5,584 bases of DNA. It comes from Prasinococcaceae sp. CCMP 1430 (Eukaryota; Plantae; Prasinodermophyta). The stretch lies in contig RQSC01000053.1 of NCBI GenBank assembly GCA_013416795.1, forward strand, positions 60,223-65,806, in the 5' to 3' direction. Position 1 is the first letter of the stretch. Every line of letters begins with the position of its first letter. Below are positions 1-5,038 of the stretch, one piece after another. Both the position numbers and the translations under genes were made by a program. The notes under the pieces are model-generated. The model made no database searches. It had not been told where the DNA came from and saw nothing but the letters and a program-made list of their open reading frames with translations.

Positions 1-1
1 C

Positions 2-2026
2 CTCGCGCGCGCGGTGGGCGTCGACCTGCGCGCGGGCGGGGCGCGGGCGGGGCAGAGCGTGCACATCAACGGCGTGTCGCGCGCGAGCGCGGACCGAGCG
101 CAGCGCGGGGGCCAGGCCTGCAGCAGCGGCACCGGCGCGCGCGTGTCTCCCCCTCCGCTGTGGCGTGCGTTCCGACGCCAGGCGGATGCCTTTGCCCACG
201 AGGACGCGCTGAACGCCGCCGCGGAGCGCAAGGCGAGGGAGGCGGGCGAGCCCGCGCCGCGGTGGGAGGAGCGCGCGCGGACATTCTCGCGGGAGATGGC
301 GGTCGGCGGCGCCGGCGGGGGGGGGATGCGCGCGCGCGGCGGCGGGGCCGCTGGCAGCGACGCCGGTCGTGCCAGTGACGCCGGCGGCATCGGCGCCAGC
401 GCCAGCGCTGGCGTCGACGGGGCGAGCGCCGTCGGCGATGGGAGGCGCGCCGCGAGCACCCGGGAATTCGTCGTGGCGCGCTCGTTCAGCTCGTTCTGGC
501 GTGCGTACTCCGGCCTGCGCGCCGACCAGCGCCACTTTTACGAGATCGTGCGCGAGGCGCGAGCGTGCCACCTGTACTTCGACCTCGAGTACAGGAGGAG
601 CGCGGCGTGCGTCGAACGCGCCGCGCGGAGCGAGTGCGGCGCCGCCGCATTCTTCTGCGCCGATGCCGACGCGCGGGTCGATGCGCTCCTCGCACTGGTG
701 GAGGAGGAGCTGCGCGCGCGCTTCGGCGAGGAACTCGACGCTTCCCGCATCGTTGAGCTGGACTCGAGCACGGAAAGCAAGATGTCACGCCACGTTCACG
801 TGCGCCTCAAAGGGGCTGCATTCCGGCACGCGGCGCACGCAGGCGCCTTCGTCAGGGCCGTCGTCGCCCGCTCACAGAGCGCGCTCGCCGGCGGCGACGG
901 CCCTGACCACGAGCGCCTGCGCCGCCGCGCAGAGCTTCTCTTCGCGCCACCCGCCGCGCCCGGCGGCGAGCGTCAGCTCATCGTGGACACGGCCGTGTAC
1001 ACGCGCAACAGGGCATTCAGGCTGGTGGGTTCATCCAAGGTCGGGAAACTCGTCAAACTGCGTAGCACGAGGCGCTTTGGTGGCAGTGCTCCCACAGCAG
1101 CGAGCTCCAAGGCCGCCGCCGATGCCCCGGTCTCGAGCACCGACGCCGCTGGCGCGGACCGCGACGCAAGCGGAATGCCACGCGGTGCGGCGGGCTCGGC
1201 GTCAGATGCGGATGCCGCCGTCGCGATGGGCGAGTTCTTCGCGACGCTCATCACCGCCGTGCCGCCCTCGTCGCGCATGCTCGAGGTCGAAGGAGCGGCG
1301 CCGCACGCCGGGGACGTCGGCGCGGCCACGCCCACCCTAGCAGGCATTGGGCGAGGGGGCGGCGCGACCGGCAGCGCACATCGGGTCGCGCCGGGCGCAG
1401 CAGCCGCTCCTGGCACGCCGTGTCCTTTCCCGCGTCTGCAGGAACACATCCTCGCCTGCGCAGACAAGCGCGCGGCTGTCGCAGCTGGCGCGCCACACGG
1501 CGCTGCGAGTATCGATGGGGGCCGGCCTGGTCGCGAGTGCGACCTGGGCAGGGTGGGGCTGTCCGCGGGCTACCGCCATGAGGTGCGCTCGTGGGTCTAC
1601 TTCGCGGAAAAGCAGCTGCTCGTGCTGAGCGTCGCCAACCAGGGCTTCTGTGGCAACGTCGAGCGCGCGCACAAGAGCAACGGCGTCATGTACGTGGCCG
1701 ACCTGCGAAGGGGCTGCTTCTACCAGAAGTGCTACGACCCCGACTGCAGGGCGTACACCTCGAACGAATTCACAGTGCCCGAGGGCATGGGCATGCCTGA
1801 GCTGGGAGGCGCGCGCTCGCAGCTACAGTGCCATCAGGAGGCCTCGGGCGAGCTCTGCTACGAGCGCACGGGTACGAAAGACGCCCCGGTCGGTGAGACT
1901 GTCGCGCTGGACGCGTCCCAGGTTGCCAACGACCAGGGCGATGGCGACTGCGATTTCTGGGCCGAGGCGGCGCGTTCAGCCCAGGTCGCAGAGAATCTTG
2001 CCACCGACCTCCTCGCGATGGCGTGA
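2..2026 (+). CDS. PRIMPOL: PrimPol DNA primase-polymerase (AEP superfamily), 5'-partial; frame open to the left edge
   Basis: Family motifs occur in order: LWRAFRRQ (RQ at 176-181), FWRAY (494-508), HFYEIV (533-550), motif I LYFDLEY (DxE 581-589), motif II SRH (785-793), motif III IVDTAVYTRNRAFRLVGSSKVGK (D at 986), and C-H-C-C zinc finger FCGNVERAHKSN...QKCYDPDC (1649-1747). Stop TGA 2024-2026. The ORF-track start at 14 is a GTG; the frame is open from base 2, and the first ATG (296) lies downstream of conserved sequence, so the true start is probably outside the window. Confidence 0.95.
   Translation, partial: LARAVGVDLRAGGARAGQSVHINGVSRASADRAQRGGQACSSGTGARVSPPPLWRAFRRQADAFAHEDALNAAAERKAREAGEPAPRWEERARTFSREMAVGGAGGGGMRARGGGAAGSDAGRASDAGGIGASASAGVDGASAVGDGRRAASTREFVVARSFSSFWRAYSGLRADQRHFYEIVREARACHLYFDLEYRRSAACVERAARSECGAAAFFCADADARVDALLALVEEELRARFGEELDASRIVELDSSTESKMSRHVHVRLKGAAFRHAAHAGAFVRAVVARSQSALAGGDGPDHERLRRRAELLFAPPAAPGGERQLIVDTAVYTRNRAFRLVGSSKVGKLVKLRSTRRFGGSAPTAASSKAAADAPVSSTDAAGADRDASGMPRGAAGSASDADAAVAMGEFFATLITAVPPSSRMLEVEGAAPHAGDVGAATPTLAGIGRGGGATGSAHRVAPGAAAAPGTPCPFPRLQEHILACADKRAAVAAGAPHGAASIDGGRPGRECDLGRVGLSAGYRHEVRSWVYFAEKQLLVLSVANQGFCGNVERAHKSNGVMYVADLRRGCFYQKCYDPDCRAYTSNEFTVPEGMGMPELGGARSQLQCHQEASGELCYERTGTKDAPVGETVALDASQVANDQGDGDCDFWAEAARSAQVAENLATDLLAMA
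31..52 (+). repeat. Tandem 11-nt duplication (CGCGGGCGGGG)x2 forming a canonical G-quadruplex motif
   Basis: GGG-C-GGGG-CGC-GGG-C-GGGG at 34-52: four G-tracts of at least 3 with loops of 1, 3 and 1 nt. Confidence 0.7.
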
Positions 2027-2077
2027 TGACGCTCGAGTGGGCGTGCAGCCACTTCGTGTATTATAGACAATGTTCAT

Positions 2078-2082
2078 TTACA
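2078..2082 (-). promoter_or_regulatory. Candidate UGUAA polyadenylation signal for the minus-strand gene
   Basis: TTACA on + reads TGTAA on -, about 65 nt past the stop at 2147, inside a locally AT-richer 120-nt gap. UGUAA is the known chlorophyte signal, but a single 5-mer is weak evidence. Confidence 0.35.
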
Positions 2083-2146
2083 ACAGATCAGATGCGTAGT
2101 CGATCGCTTCGTCGGAGCCGTGCCTTCCTGGCTCACTATTTCTCAA

Positions 2147-3499
2147 TCAGAGCTGCTTGGCGCTCGGGTGCAGCGGCTTCACTCTCGCGTTCTTGCTGAG
2201 GCCAAAGCGGGGCTTGAACGTCCCCGAGTTCGTGAGGCCGCGGATGCCGCCTGTCGGTATGCCGCCCGCTTTCCTTGCCGCGGGGCGTCTCAGCGCGAGT
2301 TGAGGGGCGCTATTGCTGTTGCGCGACTTCGACTCCACCAGAGGCCGTGCAGCTGGCGCCGATGGCTTCGCCACGCGCTGCCGTACGGGTGCAGCTGCCG
2401 CGGCGACCTTGGTCGGGGCGGCAGCCTGTGCGGCGCCCTTTGCAGGTCGAGGGACGCCAGGAGAAGCCGCAGGCTCGCGAGCAGAGGCTTTTGACTCGGA
2501 TGCCTTCGTCGATGTTGACCTGGTCAATGCCGAAGACGCCTTCGTGGTCGCGGCGCCGGCCTCTTCGGGGGAGGCATCCGTCTCGGCGGCCGGTCGCTTC
2601 GCCTTCGCCTTGGCTTTGGCCTTGGACTTCGTCTTCGCCTTCTTGCCTTTCTTCGGCTTGGGGTCGGGTGGATTCTCCAACGTTGCTGGGGTGTCGGGCT
2701 GGTCTTCCTCGGCGGACGCCGTAGGCTTGCGCTTTTTGGCGGCTCGTTCTCCACCGCTCGCTCCCGACTTGGCGCTCGGGGAACCGCCACCTGAGCCTCG
2801 CCTCCTTGTGGTCGGTGCTGCCGTCGCCCCCTCGGGCAGACCCTCGGATGGAAGCGCCACTCCGCACCCGCCGCCATCGCTCTGCTGAGCGGTCGCATCT
2901 GCCGGGCTTGGCGACGCGCCCCCCCCGGCCGCCAACCCCGCCACAGGGCTCACAGGCGTCGGCGGCTGCGTAGGTGGCTGCGTTGGCAGCTCGTCGTCCT
3001 CGCCGAGCGCAACTTCGGGCACGGGTGATGGCGCACCAGTAGTCGCTCGTGCAGCCCCGGCATTCCCTTTCTCGTCAGGTGCATCCTCGTTGCCGCTCAC
3101 GACAATCACGTCCCCGTCGTCAGACGCCGCGCCGGCGTCGGCCGCGCACACGCCCTCCGGTGCCGCAGGCATTCCGTCCTCGCACACGTCCGCGCAGAAG
3201 CCAGTGCCAGCGGCGGCAAAGTCGTCGCAATGATCCAATGCATCGTCCTCGTAGTGATGATCCCCACCGTAGCTCGTGCGCCCACCTGCGTCGCTCTCTG
3301 CCCCAGTCACCGCGCCCGCAACCCCCGCGCCCGGCTCGCGCCCGACGCAGGCAGGCCTAGGCTCAGGCGGCGCCGTCTCCCCCTCGGGCGATGCGGCCTC
3401 CTGGGGAGCACGCGCATTGCCTGCCGAGTCCCGCGAGCCGCGGCGCGTGTACTTGGCGACCGTCGCCTGGCGGGCCGGTCGCACGCGAAACTCATCCAT
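2147..3499 (-). CDS. Intrinsically disordered protein with C-terminal RAD51-interacting-type motif (RAD51AP1-like); start uncertain
   Basis: Long stop-free frame (TGA 2147-2149, open to at least 3670); first in-frame ATG at 3499 gives 450 aa. Acidic N-terminal half, basic Lys/Ala/Pro-rich C-terminal half, NLS-like KKRK (2726-2737). C-terminus RFGLSKNARVKPLHPSAKQL* aligns ungapped with human RAD51AP1 RLGLSRLARVKPLHPNATST* (recalled). Acidic coding-like sequence continues upstream of the ATG to about 3560. Confidence 0.75.
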   Translation of the reverse strand: MDEFRVRPARQATVAKYTRRGSRDSAGNARAPQEAASPEGETAPPEPRPACVGREPGAGVAGAVTGAESDAGGRTSYGGDHHYEDDALDHCDDFAAAGTGFCADVCEDGMPAAPEGVCAADAGAASDDGDVIVVSGNEDAPDEKGNAGAARATTGAPSPVPEVALGEDDELPTQPPTQPPTPVSPVAGLAAGGGASPSPADATAQQSDGGGCGVALPSEGLPEGATAAPTTRRRGSGGGSPSAKSGASGGERAAKKRKPTASAEEDQPDTPATLENPPDPKPKKGKKAKTKSKAKAKAKAKRPAAETDASPEEAGAATTKASSALTRSTSTKASESKASAREPAASPGVPRPAKGAAQAAAPTKVAAAAAPVRQRVAKPSAPAARPLVESKSRNSNSAPQLALRRPAARKAGGIPTGGIRGLTNSGTFKPRFGLSKNARVKPLHPSAKQL

Positions 3500-3597
3500 G
3501 TCGCTGCTCTCGGCGTCGGACGCGTCCTCGTGGAGGTCCTCGTCCGCGGCGCCGGCGCCGGCGCGTGCGCGCGGGCATTCTCGCGCGCCTGGTGGAT

Positions 3598-3656
3598 CGC
3601 TGACGCGCGCGCCTGGGCGCGCCCGCACGTGTGCCTGCCTTCGCCTCCGCGCGCAG
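3598..3656 (+). other. 3' end of an intron (branch point, pyrimidine-rich tract, CAG acceptor) preceding the first visible Rab28 exon; donor not found
   Basis: CGCTGAC at 3598-3604 (the same heptamer occurs at 4274-4280 in a later Rab28 intron). No AG follows until CAG 3654-3656, which is preceded by CCTGCCTTCGCCTCC. Rab28 homology begins exactly after it. Confidence 0.7.
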
Positions 3657-4836
3657 CGTCCATTGCACACCGCTTCAGCGGCGACTCGTACGACCGCTCC
3701 TACAAGCAGACCATCGGGCTAGACTTCTTCATCAAGCAGGTGGAGCTACCAGGTGTGTGCGCGCCGACGAGGATGAGGGCGCAGGCGAAGGCGCAAAGGG
3801 AGCGTGCGTGAGCGCGGCACACGCAGCGTAGGCCATGTCCCTGACGCGAGCGAGCGAGCGCGTCCGTACATGCGTACATGCGTACATGCGTGCGTGCGTG
3901 CGTGCGTGGCCGCGTGCGCGCGACCCAGGCGGCGTGTCGGTCGCTGTGCAGCTTTGGGACATCGGCGGGCAGTCCATCGGCGGCAAGATGATCAAGAATT
4001 ACATCTACGGCGCCCATGCCGTTCTGCTGTGCTATGACATCTCAAACTATCAGTCCTTCCAGAACCTCGAGGATTGGCTCAGGTACGCCCGTGCGCGCAC
4101 GCATCACCATGCCCGGGCATCCCACAAACACACACGCATACACGCATGCGCATACGTGCACACGCCACCACAGGCCACGCGCCATACCGCGCCACGCCAC
4201 GCGCCGCGGGCGTTGTGCTCAGGACGCGGCCGTGAGCGCGCATACGCGTCACGCCTCGTCGGGCCCTGCGCAGCGCTGACACGCGGTATGCCATTTTGCA
4301 GACTCGTGCAAGAGACATTCAAGGGCGGCGATATGCCCTACCTGGGCCTGCTGGCCAACAAGGTGCGTTGTGTCGGAGCGTGCCTTCGCAAGCTGGCTAG
4401 TCGCGTGTGCTCGCACGTGCGCTCGCACTATTGCGCGCACGCGCACGTGTTCATGCACCAATCGGTTCGTGTGTTTGTGTGCGGCGTGCTTATCCAGGCG
4501 CGTCGGCGCTGCGCACCGCTCGTGCCTCTCACACCTCTTGTATTGCGCGTGCACGACCGACAGGCGGACCTCACACACCTGCGCACGGTAAAGCCCCACA
4601 AGCACAACACGTTCGCCGACAACCACAGCATGTACTCATACTTCATGAGCGCAAAGACAGGTGACAACGTGTCGTCAACATTCTACAGGATCGCCGCTGA
4701 TCTCGCGGGCGTGAAGCTCTCGAGGACAGAGATGGAGATGAAGGCAAAGAATGTGACTGCCGTCATTGTGAACCACAAAGAGGACAAGACCGGCGTGGCG
4801 CCCGGCAAGCCGAAGAAGAGCTGCGCGATCATGTGA
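3657..4836 (+). CDS. RAB28: Rab28 small GTPase, 5'-partial; join(3657..3752,3929..4082,4302..4362,4564..4836)
   Basis: Spliced product (T)SIAHRFSGDSYDRSYKQTIGLDFFIKQVELPGGVSVAVQLWDIGGQSIGGKMIKNYIYGAHAVLLCYDISNYQSFQNLEDWLRLVQETFKGGDMPYLGLLANKADL...SAKTGD...KKSCAIM*. It has the Rab28-diagnostic YKQTIGLDFF and WDIGGQSIGGKM, G4 NKAD and G5 SAK, plus a single-Cys CaaX end (CAIM) as in Rab28. All three junctions are GT-AG and keep the frame. The G1/P-loop exon is not visible. Confidence 0.93.
3753..3928 (+). other. Rab28 intron, 176 nt, phase 1
   Basis: CCAG|GTGTGT...CCCAG|GC; removal gives ELPGGVSVAVQLWD, collinear with Rab28. Confidence 0.9.
3846..3908 (+). repeat. Compound microsatellite (GCGA)3 ... 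(CGTACATG)3(CGTG)5 in a Rab28 intron
   Basis: Read directly: (GCGA)3 from 3846, (CGTACATG)3 at 3865-3888, (CGTG)5 at 3889-3908. Confidence 0.9.
4083..4301 (+). other. Rab28 intron, 219 nt, phase 2
   Basis: AG|GTACGC...CGCTGAC (4274-4280)...TTTTGCAG|A; removal gives EDWLRLVQETF. Confidence 0.9.
4363..4563 (+). other. Rab28 intron, 201 nt, phase 0
   Basis: AAG|GTGCGT...GACAG|GCG; removal restores the G4 motif NKAD. Confidence 0.9.
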
Positions 4837-5038
4837 GCGGCTACCGCCCGGCTTGGTAATCTCAGCTAATTCTGAGCATCGCGCGTTGGCGCGTGACATG
4901 GGGCGGAGACGAATCTTTGAGCCTACTCTTGGCTTACTGAGGCTTGTCTGGGCGCGCGCGCGCAATTGCGGGAGGCGCCGTCCTCGGGTGCAATGATACA
5001 TACTGTGACACACTCACGTCGCTCGGCCGCGCCGCCCC

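Noticed and set aside
369-1340. 323-aa ORF overlapping PrimPol in another + frame, plus other nested ORFs in 66-1800
   Set aside because: Ala/Arg/Ser/Pro-rich with no recognisable motif; expected shadow ORFs in stop-poor GC-rich DNA.
2-2026. Viral or transposon origin of the primase (UL52-like zinc finger)
   Set aside because: The motif wording matches cellular PrimPol throughout, the neighbours are ordinary eukaryotic genes, and no integrase, capsid or terminal repeats are visible.
2120-2898. Several 120-190 aa ORFs overlapping the minus-strand gene
   Set aside because: Antisense or alternate-frame shadows with no independent motifs.
3021-3040. GDGA-coding sequence on + as the missing Rab28 exon 1
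   Set aside because: It continues as PVV rather than xGK, has no suitable donor, and lies antisense within the minus-strand CDS.
3491-3570. + frame KLIHVAALGVGRVLVEVLVRGAGAGA as a degenerate P-loop for Rab28
   Set aside because: There is no GK[ST]; it is the antisense shadow of the Asp/Glu-rich minus-strand frame. The GTGCGC donor at 3565 would also join the 3657 exon out of frame.
3589-3663. ATG at 3663 (-) spliced into the RAD51AP1-like frame
   Set aside because: With the donor at 3628, the in-frame acceptor gives an implausible 29-nt intron and the 40-nt alternative is out of frame.
3753-4563. Rab28 introns as introner-type repeated elements
   Set aside because: The three introns share no extended sequence identity or terminal repeats beyond simple-repeat composition; a genome-wide search would be needed to exclude this fully.
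3835-4836. 333-aa continuous ORF as the Rab28 protein
   Set aside because: It reads through two in-frame introns and starts inside another; the spliced model restores collinearity with Rab28 and the NKAD motif.
4861-4970. Short inverted repeats (CTCAG-n6-CTGAG; CGCAATTGCG palindrome after (GC)6) between Rab28 and HSP20
   Set aside because: Stems are too short to exceed chance; no terminal-repeat or target-duplication pattern of a mobile element; intrinsic terminators are not expected in a eukaryote.
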